DNA of 64,000 bases from Calditrichia bacterium. GTDB lineage: Bacteria; Calditrichota; Calditrichia; RBG-13-44-9; J075. This document shows, piece by piece, positions 18,429-27,773 of the stretch; the stretch's first letter is position 1, and every line of letters begins with the position of its first letter. The notes below the pieces were generated by a model, which had not been told where the DNA came from, searched no databases, and saw only the letters and a list, made by a program, of their open reading frames with translations. The stretch is taken from assembly GCA_020635015.1 (NCBI GenBank), contig JACKAP010000006.1:76998-140997 (forward strand), read 5' to 3'. The position numbers were made by a program, and so were the translations under genes.

Positions 18429-20753
18429 ATGGAAGCTATGCTAATAGGAAAGTTTGTCGAGAATTACAAGATCATCGGCGTGCTCGGAAAAGGGGGGATG
18501 AGCACGGTGTTTAAGGCGATCGATCAAACGCTCGACCGGGAGGTGGCGCTCAAGATCATGGAGTCGCAGCTTTCCCGGAGAAAGGATTTTGTTAAGCGGT
18601 TCCGCACGGAAGGGCGCTCTCAGGCCTGCCTGAAGCATCCCAATATCGTCAACATTTATGCCATGCGGGAGGCCGCAGACGGACTCTTCATTGTGATGGA
18701 GTATGTGGCCGGCGGTACGCTCAAGAAGCGCATCGCCCGCGATGGCCCTTTTGCCCCGCTGGAAGCGCTCAATATTCTCAAACAATTGCTGCTGGCGATC
18801 AAGCACGCCCACTCCCGCGGCATCATCCACCGCGATATCAAACCGGCCAACATTTTACTGGACAACAGCGATGTGGTGAAAGTCACCGACTTTGGCCTGG
18901 CCAAAATGCAGCGGGATTTCGGGGTCACCAGCACCGATATTGCCGTCGGCACCCTGGGGTATTCGCCCCCGGAACAGTTGAAGAGCCTCAAGAACACCGA
19001 CCAGCGCAGCGACCTGTATTCGATCGGGATGACGTTCTATGAGATCATTGCCGGTAAGCTGCCCTTTAACGACAACGATTCCAACTTGTCGGTGCAGTTG
19101 GCTATCCTGGAGGGCAAGCTGCCTTCCCCGGATCTGCTCAATCCGGAGATCCCAGCGGAATTTGTGAACCTGATCCGCAAGGCGACCCGGAAAGATCCGG
19201 CCGACCGCTATCAGTCGGCTGCGGAAATGCTTCAGGATGTGCTGGCGCTGGAGCAGCGTTATATCCAGGCCATGCGTAAACGCGACCAGCGGGGCGCTTT
19301 TCGCCGTCTGCCGGCCGGGGCGGCATCGACTGCCGGCAGCACCCGGCCGGGCGGAGCGCTGCCGGAGGAGCGTCCCGCCCCGGCGGCCCCCCCGCAGCGC
19401 CGTCTGCCGGATCGCGCTGCCCAACCGCTGCGCCGGGTGTTTCGTTCATTGCAAAAGCGTTTCGAGGTTAACCTGCGCGCCATGGGGATTTTGACGCTGG
19501 TAATCGTATCCTTGCTGGTGGTGGGGAGCGGGGGATCGATCTATACCCATGGCCAGCGCCCGGATGGAGCAGCAGGCCTCGCCTCACCGGTGATCCCGCT
19601 CTCGATCTTTTCCCGGCCGGAAGGTGCGTCGGTATACCTGAACGGATTTCAGATCGGCACCACGCCGTTGAAGGATTACCTGGTGAGAACCGGCGAGGCG
19701 GCCCTGAAGATCGTTAAAGACAATTATTTGGCGATCGATACCAGCATGGTCTTTTTCCCCGGGGATACGGCGGCATTTTCCCTGCGGCTCTCCTCCGGGG
19801 GCAGCGAGCTGCTTGCCCTGACCGGCAGCGGCAGGCGCTCCCGCCGGGCGGATACGCTGAATGTTCCGCAATACGGCCGCATCAAAGTGATCTCCAGCCC
19901 GCCCGGGGCTGCTATTACGCTCAACGGTACCCCGGTTACGGCGGCGCAAACCCCGCATATTTTCGAAAAAATGCCTCCCGGGAGATACCGGCTGGAGTTG
20001 GCTAAGAAGGGATACCATCCCGCCATCACTCATTTTGAGGTCGTGGCGCAGGAATCGCGGCCGCTGCGGGTCAGCCTGACACCGCAAGTGGGCAATCTGT
20101 ACATTACGTCCAATCCGCCCGGGGCCGATGTCTGGCTCAACGGAAAACGGCTGGCCGGGGTGCGCACGCCGGCGGAACTGCCGGAAATTCCGGTCGGACT
20201 GCAGCGCATCACCCTGCAGAAACCGGGCTTCGAGAAGTATACCGCCCGAGTGGAAGTGGCGCCCCGGAAAACTCGCCAGGTACGGGGGAACTTGCGGCCG
20301 GTACAAGCCCGCCTGAGCGTGGTGGTGCTGCCCTATGGGTCCACTTTCGTGGACGGTGAGTTGAAGAAACACAATACCAACATCCCTTACAATGACGTGC
20401 TGAGCGCCGGGCGATATGTCATTCAAACGGTGCATCCCAAACTGGGTACCTGGGAAAAGGAACTGGTGGTCGATCGATCGCTGCAGCATCAATATATTGT
20501 CGATTTCAACCGTCAATTTAGGCTGCCGGTGACGATCCAGGATGACCGGGGAAACCGTCTCTCCGGCGCCCGGATTTATGTGGATCAGCGGGAAGTTGCT
20601 CTGCATGCGGACGGCACCCTGGAACTGCGAACCGGCCAGCATCTTCTGGAAGTAAGGCGGGAGGGGTATGTACTGCGGGAAGGGCCGATGAAGCTCAATC
20701 TCGACGAGCATTCCGTCAGAACGCTTAATTTTGTTATGGAGCCGGCTCGTTAA
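18429..20753 (+). CDS. Ser/Thr protein kinase with TM segment and multiple extracytoplasmic PEGA domains
   Basis: GVLGKGGMSTVFKA, HRDIKPANILL and DFGLAK. One TM segment (ILTLVIVSLLVVG). Repeated PEGA-like units (GASVYLNGFQIGTTPL, GAAITLNGTPV, GADVWLNGKRL). AGGAGAAGGAG RBS precedes ATG 18429. Confidence 0.88.
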   Translation: MEAMLIGKFVENYKIIGVLGKGGMSTVFKAIDQTLDREVALKIMESQLSRRKDFVKRFRTEGRSQACLKHPNIVNIYAMREAADGLFIVMEYVAGGTLKKRIARDGPFAPLEALNILKQLLLAIKHAHSRGIIHRDIKPANILLDNSDVVKVTDFGLAKMQRDFGVTSTDIAVGTLGYSPPEQLKSLKNTDQRSDLYSIGMTFYEIIAGKLPFNDNDSNLSVQLAILEGKLPSPDLLNPEIPAEFVNLIRKATRKDPADRYQSAAEMLQDVLALEQRYIQAMRKRDQRGAFRRLPAGAASTAGSTRPGGALPEERPAPAAPPQRRLPDRAAQPLRRVFRSLQKRFEVNLRAMGILTLVIVSLLVVGSGGSIYTHGQRPDGAAGLASPVIPLSIFSRPEGASVYLNGFQIGTTPLKDYLVRTGEAALKIVKDNYLAIDTSMVFFPGDTAAFSLRLSSGGSELLALTGSGRRSRRADTLNVPQYGRIKVISSPPGAAITLNGTPVTAAQTPHIFEKMPPGRYRLELAKKGYHPAITHFEVVAQESRPLRVSLTPQVGNLYITSNPPGADVWLNGKRLAGVRTPAELPEIPVGLQRITLQKPGFEKYTARVEVAPRKTRQVRGNLRPVQARLSVVVLPYGSTFVDGELKKHNTNIPYNDVLSAGRYVIQTVHPKLGTWEKELVVDRSLQHQYIVDFNRQFRLPVTIQDDRGNRLSGARIYVDQREVALHADGTLELRTGQHLLEVRREGYVLREGPMKLNLDEHSVRTLNFVMEPAR

Positions 20754-20790
20754 TACACTGCGAGTCAAGTGTTTTTTACTCTCGAGCTGC

Positions 20791-20853
20791 CATTGGTTGT
20801 TGGTTGTTGGTTAAGACAGGTCTTTGCCAAAAACCAATGCCCAACAACCAAAA
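20791..20853. repeat. heptamer-arm hairpin (TTGGTTG)n-core ttaagacaggtctttgcc-(CAACCAA-like)
   Basis: ccattggttgttggttgttggttaagacaggtctttgccaaaaaccaatgcccaacaaccaaaagc. Lies between convergent genes. Confidence 0.85.
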
Positions 20854-20881
20854 GCTAATTTTAACGCTCATACTGACGCCG

Positions 20882-21583
20882 TCACTCATTGAGCAATTCG
20901 TGCAGCTCTTTATATTTCTGACGGCTCAGCGGCAGCTGCCGCCCGTCTTTCAAGGTCACCTGGTAAGTGCCTCCCCCGGTATGGCGGTAAGCGGCGATCG
21001 CCTCCAGGTCGACAAAATAGGAGCGGTGGATTCGTAGAAAGTTGGCCGGGAGGATCTGTCCCAGTCGGTCCATGGTCTTATCCAGGATCTCCCGGCGTCC
21101 GTTTTTCAGGTGTGCCTCCACGTATATCCCGGCGGCCTTGAGAAAAAAGATCTCCCGGACCGGCAGCAGGATGTTCTGATTCTCTTTGCGCACGGTCAGA
21201 TATCGGACGGCCTCTGCCGGAGGAGATTGGCGGTCGAAATAGCGCTGAAGGGCCTGGGAAAGCCGTTCTTCATCAAAGGGCTTGGGGACGAAATCCAGCA
21301 CCCCGAACCGGAATGCCTCAATCGCCTTATCGGTATTGGCGGATATGATGATGGTGTGAAAGGAACCCGACACCGCCAGCTTGAGCAGTTCATAGCCGTC
21401 TTCACCATTCAGATTCAGGTCCAGCAGGCAGAGGTCTACCGGCTGCCGGAACAAAAATGAGGCGGCATCCTCCAGGCTGTGCTGAATATCGATGGCGCGG
21501 ATTTTAGACCCCAGCAATTGCCGGCAGAGACGCTCGATGTATTTGGCGATCGGCCTTTCATCCTCAACGATCAGAATACGCAT
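20882..21583 (-). CDS. LytTR family response regulator
   Basis: Receiver domain MRILIVEDERPIAKYI. C-terminal LytTR motif FLRIHRSYFVDLEAI. Confidence 0.9.
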   Translation of the reverse strand: MRILIVEDERPIAKYIERLCRQLLGSKIRAIDIQHSLEDAASFLFRQPVDLCLLDLNLNGEDGYELLKLAVSGSFHTIIISANTDKAIEAFRFGVLDFVPKPFDEERLSQALQRYFDRQSPPAEAVRYLTVRKENQNILLPVREIFFLKAAGIYVEAHLKNGRREILDKTMDRLGQILPANFLRIHRSYFVDLEAIAAYRHTGGGTYQVTLKDGRQLPLSRQKYKELHELLNE

Positions 21584-21611
21584 GCATCCCTCCCTTTAGC
21601 GCAGTGCCCGG

Positions 21612-23378
21612 TTAATGTTGGGCGATGATGATATTCACTTCCCAGCCATCGCTGCGCAGGCCATAATCCATCTGCCAACGGTGCGGATAACGCTCTTCCA
21701 GGCGGGCCTTGACATACTTCAATCCCATCCCTTCTTCGATCTGCTGCGCCGGCTGCCGGGAGAGCTTCTCCAACTGCGAACCGTCATTCCATAGCCGGTA
21801 GTGCACGGTGCCGTTGTTGCGCTCGCAACTGATCAAAAATTTCCCGTTTTCCCCGCTGCGGTAAGCGTGGGTCAGTCCGTTCTCGATCAGGGTATGGAAG
21901 ATCATCGGCGGTATCTTTTCCTCGCCGGGAAGATTTTGTGCTTCCAGGGCATACTGTACGTCCTGGCGGTAGCCCATCAGGGTCAGGTGGGTGCGGCAGA
22001 GCGCAACTTCGTCGCTTAGCGGGATCTCGGTTTGTGAGGAGATCTGGTTGATCATGCGGAATTCCTCCGCCAGCGATTGGATCAGTTTGATGGCGGTGGG
22101 AGGATCTTCCCGGATCCAGGAAATGATCGAGAGCAGGGTGTTCATCAAAAAATGAGGTTGGATGTGCTTTTTGAGCAATTCGGTCTCCAGCCGGGCGGAA
22201 CGCAGTTTGGCCACCTCATGCTGCTGGTTCTGCTGCTTGATCTGCCGGCTGATGGAAAGCATCACGCAAAAGATGAAAAAGACGATACCGGCGGTATAGA
22301 CGTACCAGACCACACCCCAGTAAAAGAACACCATCATTGCCAGCAGTCCAAGGATCCCGATCAGGGCAGTCAGGCTGCCGGGCACTTTTTTCCGGATGGC
22401 GTATAGCGCCATGCCGGATGCGTAGAGCAGCACCAGCACCGGATCCGACTGGTCGAATAACAGCAGCGGAACCACTGCCAGCACACTGACGATCAGCATG
22501 TGATAATACTTGCGGGGCATCTCGAAAATCAAGATAAAAAAGATCGCCAGCAGCACTCCGCTTAGCGGCGTGATGATATAAGAGAGCCAGACCAGGCTGT
22601 CGGCATAGCGGATATTGATATTCCAGAGCAGTTGATAGGCCAGGATGCCGATCCCCAGCACGCTGGCCAGGCAGTAGAGACTGAACATCAGGTAAGGCCG
22701 CTGCCGGCCGCCCCCCAGGAACAGGGCGAAGCTGAACAGGCAGGCAAAAAAGAATACCCCGATATTAAACAACTGGAGATACATAAACTCGTTCAGCTTG
22801 TCGCGGATATCGGAGAGATAACCCAGCGGTATCCGGAAATAACGGAAAGAGTCATGCACATGCAGGTTGGAGAGCCGGATGGCAATCGTATGGATACCGG
22901 GGGTGGTCCACTCCCGCCTGAGTTTGACCACCCGCAGCAGGTCGCCGGGAATCTCCGCCGCCTGCACCGCCGCCACGCCGCCGTTGCGGTGGATCAGCCG
23001 CCCATCCCAGTAAATTTCATAGGCGGAGACGATCCCGGAGAAATACATCGCCAGGATATCAAAATCGTTCTGTTCTCCTTCCAGCCGCACCCGGGTGCGG
23101 TACCAGCGGATTCCGTGATTGGTTTCCTTTTCTTTGCCGGGATGCAGCCGGCCCCAGGCCTGGTCGTCGAAATCGGACAGCGCCCAAAGCGGGTTGTCGC
23201 CAAAGCGGTATTTCCAGTCTCCCAGCCGTTCGAGCTGCCCGCTCCGGCTGAGATCGAAAACGTGCAGGGAATCGCTGCCGGTCTTTTGAGCGTGCAGCGG
23301 CAGGATGCAGAAGAGAGCGATGGCCAGAATCGTGATTTTTGAAGGAGGAAGGATAAAGGATAAAATGAGATTTGCCAC
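21612..23378 (-). CDS. 7TMR-DISM-type sensor histidine kinase (LytS/His_kinase family)
   Basis: Extracytoplasmic domain, about 7 TM segments, LKKHIQPHFLMNTLLSI (His_kinase motif) and a C-terminal ATPase. The start is uncertain: GTG 23378, or upstream ATGs up to 23504. Confidence 0.85.
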   Translation of the reverse strand: MANLILSFILPPSKITILAIALFCILPLHAQKTGSDSLHVFDLSRSGQLERLGDWKYRFGDNPLWALSDFDDQAWGRLHPGKEKETNHGIRWYRTRVRLEGEQNDFDILAMYFSGIVSAYEIYWDGRLIHRNGGVAAVQAAEIPGDLLRVVKLRREWTTPGIHTIAIRLSNLHVHDSFRYFRIPLGYLSDIRDKLNEFMYLQLFNIGVFFFACLFSFALFLGGGRQRPYLMFSLYCLASVLGIGILAYQLLWNINIRYADSLVWLSYIITPLSGVLLAIFFILIFEMPRKYYHMLIVSVLAVVPLLLFDQSDPVLVLLYASGMALYAIRKKVPGSLTALIGILGLLAMMVFFYWGVVWYVYTAGIVFFIFCVMLSISRQIKQQNQQHEVAKLRSARLETELLKKHIQPHFLMNTLLSIISWIREDPPTAIKLIQSLAEEFRMINQISSQTEIPLSDEVALCRTHLTLMGYRQDVQYALEAQNLPGEEKIPPMIFHTLIENGLTHAYRSGENGKFLISCERNNGTVHYRLWNDGSQLEKLSRQPAQQIEEGMGLKYVKARLEERYPHRWQMDYGLRSDGWEVNIIIAQH

Positions 23379-23637
23379 AGAGACACAGAGGCTGAAAGAC
23401 ACAGCATCGTTGCCAACTCTGTGGTCTCTGTGCCTCTGTGGCATATATCCTATTCGCATTTTCCGCTTGACGCTGTTCTCCCATTCACCCATATACCGAT
23501 CCACGAATTTATAATCAAAACTAATAGATTATACTCCTTCCCCTTCCCATCCGCAATACCAAACATTTCATTTGCATTTCCGGCAGCAGCGGGTATATTT
23601 GTTGCCTGAGCATTTTCATCATATCGGTAGGAAACGA

Positions 23638-25440
23638 ATGAAGTTACATCTTTGGAAAATTTTATGGTTGGTGGGGTTATTGGTCGTTTGGAACAGCGCA
23701 TTAATCGGCGGAGGGGAGATGCAGATTGCTTACCAGGTTGCGTGGGCGCAGCCGAATTCGCATTATTTTGAGGTGACCGTCACGGTGACCAATCCCGGGG
23801 CGGGACCGACCGCGTTCCGCATTCCTGCCTGGCGGCCCGGGCGCTACCGGATCGAAAATTATACCCGAAATGTCATCCAATTTGCCGCCGCCGATGGCGC
23901 CGGTGCGACCTTGAATTTCCGCAAGCTGGATAAAGATACCTGGGAAGTGCCGCATGGCGCGATCGAGCGGATCGTTGTCACCTATCGCTACTACGCCAAT
24001 GTGCTCGATGCCGGGTCTTCTTATCTTGATGACCGGGAAGCCTATCTCAATCCGGTCACCATGCTGATGTACCTACCCGGCCGGGAGCATCTGCCGGTCT
24101 CGATCCGTTTCCCCAATCCCCAGGGCTGGCGGGTGGTCACTGCGCTGGACATCGACCCGGTAACCGGCGCCTATCCGGCGGCGGATTATCACGAGCTGGC
24201 TGACAGCCCGTTCCTGATCAGCCCGGATGTGGAAGTGCTGGAGTTCGAGTACCGGCATGCCCGTTTCGAGATTGCGCTTCAGAGCAAGGTCGATGCCGAT
24301 CTGCAAAAGCTGATCGGCGATATTCGTGAGATCGTGCGGGTGCAAAGCGAACTTTTCGGCGATATACCGTTCAAGCGTTACGTGTTCCTTTATCACCTGG
24401 TGCCTTTCCGCATCAGCCATGGGGTGGAGCATAAGAACTCTACCTCGATCGTGCGCGGGCCGGTGGATTTCAGCAGCCCGGAATTCTATTTTGGACTGCT
24501 TGGGTTTACCTCGCATGAGTTTTTCCATGTATGGAATGTGGAGCGCATCCGCCCGGCGGCGATTTATTACCCGGATTATTCCCGGGAGAACTATACCACC
24601 GGGATGTGGTTTTATGAGGGGGTAACCAGCTATTACGACATGTTGACGCTGTGCCGGGCGGGGTTGATTTCCCGTTACGCTTTCTATAATGATCTGCAGC
24701 GGGTCATCAACGGATTTGAGAAATCCCCCGGGCGCAAGCTCAACAGCCCGGCCATGACCAGTTGGGATAGCTGGGGGCGGGAGCAGGATCCGCCGCCCAA
24801 TACTGCGGTGTCGTTTTATCGAAGCGGGCAACTGCTCGGCCTGCTGTTGGACCTGGAGATCCGCGGTCGCACCGCCAATGCCCAATCGCTGGATGCGGTG
24901 ATGCGCTATCTCTACCGGAATTATGCTCAAAAAGACATCGGGGTGCCGGAAGATGGAATCCAGCAAGCGATCGAAGCGGTGGCCGGCAGCAGCTTCGAAG
25001 CTTTTTTCCGCGATTTTGTCTATGGCACCGAAGATATCGACTATAATGCCTTCCTGCAGCATGCCGGGCTGGAACTGGTCGAGGATGTGGATAGCGGGAC
25101 GCCGGCCGCTTACCTGGGCATCCGCCTCAGCGGTGACAGCCGGGAGAGCCTTATTACCAATGTGTTCCCGGCCTCGCCGGCTCTGGAGGCCGGGCTGGCG
25201 GTCGGTGATGTACTGCTGGCCCTCGACGGGCAGCGCGCTCACGCCGATAACCTCGACCGCCTGCTCCAACCCTATCATCCGGGAGATAAAATAACCCTGA
25301 CGGTGTTCCGGCGGGAGGAACTGCGCCGCTTTGAGGTACTGCTGGGCGGCGGGAAAAATACCGTGCTTAACCTATGGGAATCGCCGGAAGCATCCGATGC
25401 GCAAATACGATTGCGGGATGGCTGGCTGGGTGGCGAGTGA
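23638..25440 (+). CDS. M61 family glycyl aminopeptidase with C-terminal PDZ domain
   Basis: Signal peptide MKLHLWKILWLVGLLVV. Zinc motif FTSHEFFHVWNVERIRP. PDZ-like ITNVFPASPALEAGLAVGDVLLALDG. Confidence 0.85.
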   Translation: MKLHLWKILWLVGLLVVWNSALIGGGEMQIAYQVAWAQPNSHYFEVTVTVTNPGAGPTAFRIPAWRPGRYRIENYTRNVIQFAAADGAGATLNFRKLDKDTWEVPHGAIERIVVTYRYYANVLDAGSSYLDDREAYLNPVTMLMYLPGREHLPVSIRFPNPQGWRVVTALDIDPVTGAYPAADYHELADSPFLISPDVEVLEFEYRHARFEIALQSKVDADLQKLIGDIREIVRVQSELFGDIPFKRYVFLYHLVPFRISHGVEHKNSTSIVRGPVDFSSPEFYFGLLGFTSHEFFHVWNVERIRPAAIYYPDYSRENYTTGMWFYEGVTSYYDMLTLCRAGLISRYAFYNDLQRVINGFEKSPGRKLNSPAMTSWDSWGREQDPPPNTAVSFYRSGQLLGLLLDLEIRGRTANAQSLDAVMRYLYRNYAQKDIGVPEDGIQQAIEAVAGSSFEAFFRDFVYGTEDIDYNAFLQHAGLELVEDVDSGTPAAYLGIRLSGDSRESLITNVFPASPALEAGLAVGDVLLALDGQRAHADNLDRLLQPYHPGDKITLTVFRREELRRFEVLLGGGKNTVLNLWESPEASDAQIRLRDGWLGGE

Positions 25441-25510
25441 ACGAGCGGTATTTTAGCCTATTACAACGGATTTAGGAAAATTACGCTGTGAATTAAGTTT
25501 TTAGCAGTTA

Positions 25511-25584
25511 TAGATTTCTCACAAACTACGTTCGAAATGACGACATTGTGTCATTCCGAGGCGCCAGCCGAGGAATCTGTAATT
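25511..25584. repeat. degenerate copy of the 72-bp 'gtcattccga...gaggaatctg' hairpin element
   Basis: tagatttctcacaaactacgttcgaaatgacgacattgtgtcattccgaggcgccagccgaggaatctgtaatt aligns with 57974-58045. Confidence 0.75.
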
Positions 25585-25674
25585 TTTAAAGACTTAATTC
25601 ACCGTGTAACAATTGCATGCCCCATGCGGGCAATTTTACAGCGGTTTCAGTCGCATATTCTGGCAGGAGATACC

Positions 25675-26550
25675 ATGCATCAAACATTGATTTTACTGGC
25701 AGCCGGGAGGGCTTCCCGGATGAAAAACGCCCCGGCCGGGGAAGGCGTCGCTCCCGAGGATGCGGCTCAGGCCAATTCGCTGCACAAAGGGCTGATTGGC
25801 GTGGGAGAGCAGGGACGCCCCCTGATGGATTACATACTGTATAATGCCTGGAAAGCCGGGCATCGGCGGGCGATTCTCGTGACCGGGGAGGACAACCGTC
25901 ATTTCCAGTCACGTTACGGGGCGCAGCGCCGGGGAAACCGCTTCCACGGTCTGGAAATATCATACGCCATCCAGGCGATCCCGCCCGGGCGGGAGAAGCC
26001 TTTCGGCACTGCCGATGCGCTCTGCCAGGCCCTGGAACAGTTCCCGGAACTTCAGCGGGAGGCCTTTTCCGTGTGTAATAGCGACAATCTCTATTCGGAA
26101 AAAGCGTTCCGCCTGCTGCGGGAGACTTCCAGTCTCCATGCCTGGATCAATTACGACCGGGATGCGCTGGAATTCACGCCGGAGCGGATTGCCGGCTTTG
26201 CGGTGGCGCAGACCGACCGCGCCGGTAAGCTATTGGCAATGATTGAAAAACCGGAGGTACAAGCCCTGGAACAGTATCGTGGTGAAGACGGGAAAATACG
26301 GGTGAGCATGAATCTGTTCAAATTCAGCGGGGACGTGTTTTATCCTTATTTGCGGGATTGCCCGGTGACCCCCGGGCGGAACGAAAAGGAATTGGTAAGT
26401 GCCATCGCCCATCTTGTCGAGGATAATCCCGGCAGCATGCGGGGCATTCCGCTGGGCGAGCATGTGCCGGATTTAACCGAAAAAAAAGATATCGCCCGGG
26501 TGCGGGCGTACCTGCAGCAGCATTACGCCCGCCTGGATTGGGAGGATTAG
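25675..26550 (+). CDS. sugar-phosphate nucleotidyltransferase family protein
   Basis: N-terminal LILLAAGRASRM NTP-transferase motif. AGGAGA RBS precedes ATG 25675. The upstream ORF extension is a repeat element. Confidence 0.7.
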   Translation: MHQTLILLAAGRASRMKNAPAGEGVAPEDAAQANSLHKGLIGVGEQGRPLMDYILYNAWKAGHRRAILVTGEDNRHFQSRYGAQRRGNRFHGLEISYAIQAIPPGREKPFGTADALCQALEQFPELQREAFSVCNSDNLYSEKAFRLLRETSSLHAWINYDRDALEFTPERIAGFAVAQTDRAGKLLAMIEKPEVQALEQYRGEDGKIRVSMNLFKFSGDVFYPYLRDCPVTPGRNEKELVSAIAHLVEDNPGSMRGIPLGEHVPDLTEKKDIARVRAYLQQHYARLDWED

Positions 26551-27242
26551 AATTCGCCGAGCTGTTTCTCGGCAGCTTCCAGCCGGGTCAGGTAATCTTC
26601 GTAAATCTTCAGATTCGCGTCATTGCGCACCGGCCGGGTCTCCAGCCATTTCATCAATTGGGCTTCAGTATCTTTATACGCTTTGATCGCCTGGCGGTAG
26701 GCCTTTCCCTTTTCCGGGGAGAGCGTTTTAACCCGCTTGCTGATCTCTATTTCCCGGAAGCGCAGGAGATCTTTCAGTTGATCGATGAACATCGCCGGGG
26801 TGATTTCCTGAGCGGCGCCTAATTTCCCCAAAACGGTTTTGCCGTCGCTGTCGACGACCATATAGGTCGGAAAACCTTCCACGCCATACGCAACCCGCAG
26901 ATTCTCATTGCGCCCGACATATTTCGCCGGCACGATATTCGGGTTGCGGGGAAAGTCCAGGGTGACCAACACCATCTCCCGGCGGGCGAATTCCTGCCAT
27001 TGGGTCTGGGAGAAAACGCTGCGATCCATCAGTTTGCACCAGCCGCACCAATCAGAACCGGTAAAGTTCAGCAGCACGGGAAGCTGTTTCTCGCCGGCCA
27101 GTTTTAAGGCGGCATCATAGTCCATGGTCCACTCACCGACTTTGGCACCTTCTTTGGCAACCTGATTGGCCTGCAGCGTGCTTGCCAGTAATAAGAGCAC
27201 ATTCAAGATGATTAGCAGGGATGACACTTTCCGGATATGCAT
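26547..27242 (-). CDS. secreted thioredoxin-fold protein
   Basis: Signal peptide. LLNFTGSDWCGWCKLMD CxxC motif. Confidence 0.75.
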   Translation of the reverse strand: MHIRKVSSLLIILNVLLLLASTLQANQVAKEGAKVGEWTMDYDAALKLAGEKQLPVLLNFTGSDWCGWCKLMDRSVFSQTQWQEFARREMVLVTLDFPRNPNIVPAKYVGRNENLRVAYGVEGFPTYMVVDSDGKTVLGKLGAAQEITPAMFIDQLKDLLRFREIEISKRVKTLSPEKGKAYRQAIKAYKDTEAQLMKWLETRPVRNDANLKIYEDYLTRLEAAEKQLGEF

Positions 27243-27405
27243 GATGACCTTCCTTTTCTCAAACTTGTGGTTTGACCGATTATGGCGATCAGCTTAAAAA
27301 TTACGCCGGATCGGCGATTGAATCAATCGAAAAAACCCTTTTTCATCTATTGGATGAACGAGCGTGCGAAAAGTGACATCATGCTGGAAATTGGCGAGAC
27401 GGCAT

Positions 27406-27439
27406 AAAAAAAGCCCGCCGGACAGTTTGCCCGACGGGC
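27406..27439 (-). terminator. intrinsic terminator (minus strand) inside a 525-bp non-coding gap
   Basis: On the minus strand, a 9-bp GC-rich stem (gcccgtcgg/ccggcgggc, one mismatch) is followed by a run of 7 T. Confidence 0.55.
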
Positions 27440-27640
27440 CCCTCCTTTAAAAACCCGTTGTACGGTCCCTCTTCCGGCCAACGGCGTTTTCTAAAAATTG
27501 CCCGCCAGTGTCGCCACCTTTGGGCTTTCCCTCCTTAAGGGAACAAATCGCGAGGTAACTGGAGGATGTAAACCGTCCAGTTACCTCCTCCCTCGATGCA
27601 GGCAGGACCTGCAATACAATGTATTCGATAATTCCGCTTG
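27406..27640 (-). ncRNA. candidate unclassified structured RNA or leader ending at the terminator
   Basis: No plausible ORF. Contains a perfect 12-bp hairpin (27552-27563 / 27576-27587), a further stem ccgttg/caacgg and the terminal intrinsic terminator. I could not match it to a known RNA family by eye. Confidence 0.25.
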
Positions 27641-27773
27641 GATAATATACCAGTTATGATTAGTATCTCCTGTCTTATCGCTAACCGTCTACTATATTGT
27701 TCTGTTGCAGCGGCTGAATATTGAATTTTTTTTGAAAAAAATAAAAATTTTGAACCAGCTTTAAAGGTTGCAC

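Noticed and set aside
27400-27640. Cobalamin riboswitch, SRP RNA, 6S RNA or RNase P RNA in the 525-bp gap
   Set aside because: Fragments resemble a B12 box (gcaggcaggacctgc), GGGAA and a GGAA loop. Their order and strand do not fit the cobalamin consensus. The SRP helix-8 motif (AGCAGCC...GGAA) is absent, and the region is too short for RNase P. It is left as unclassified.
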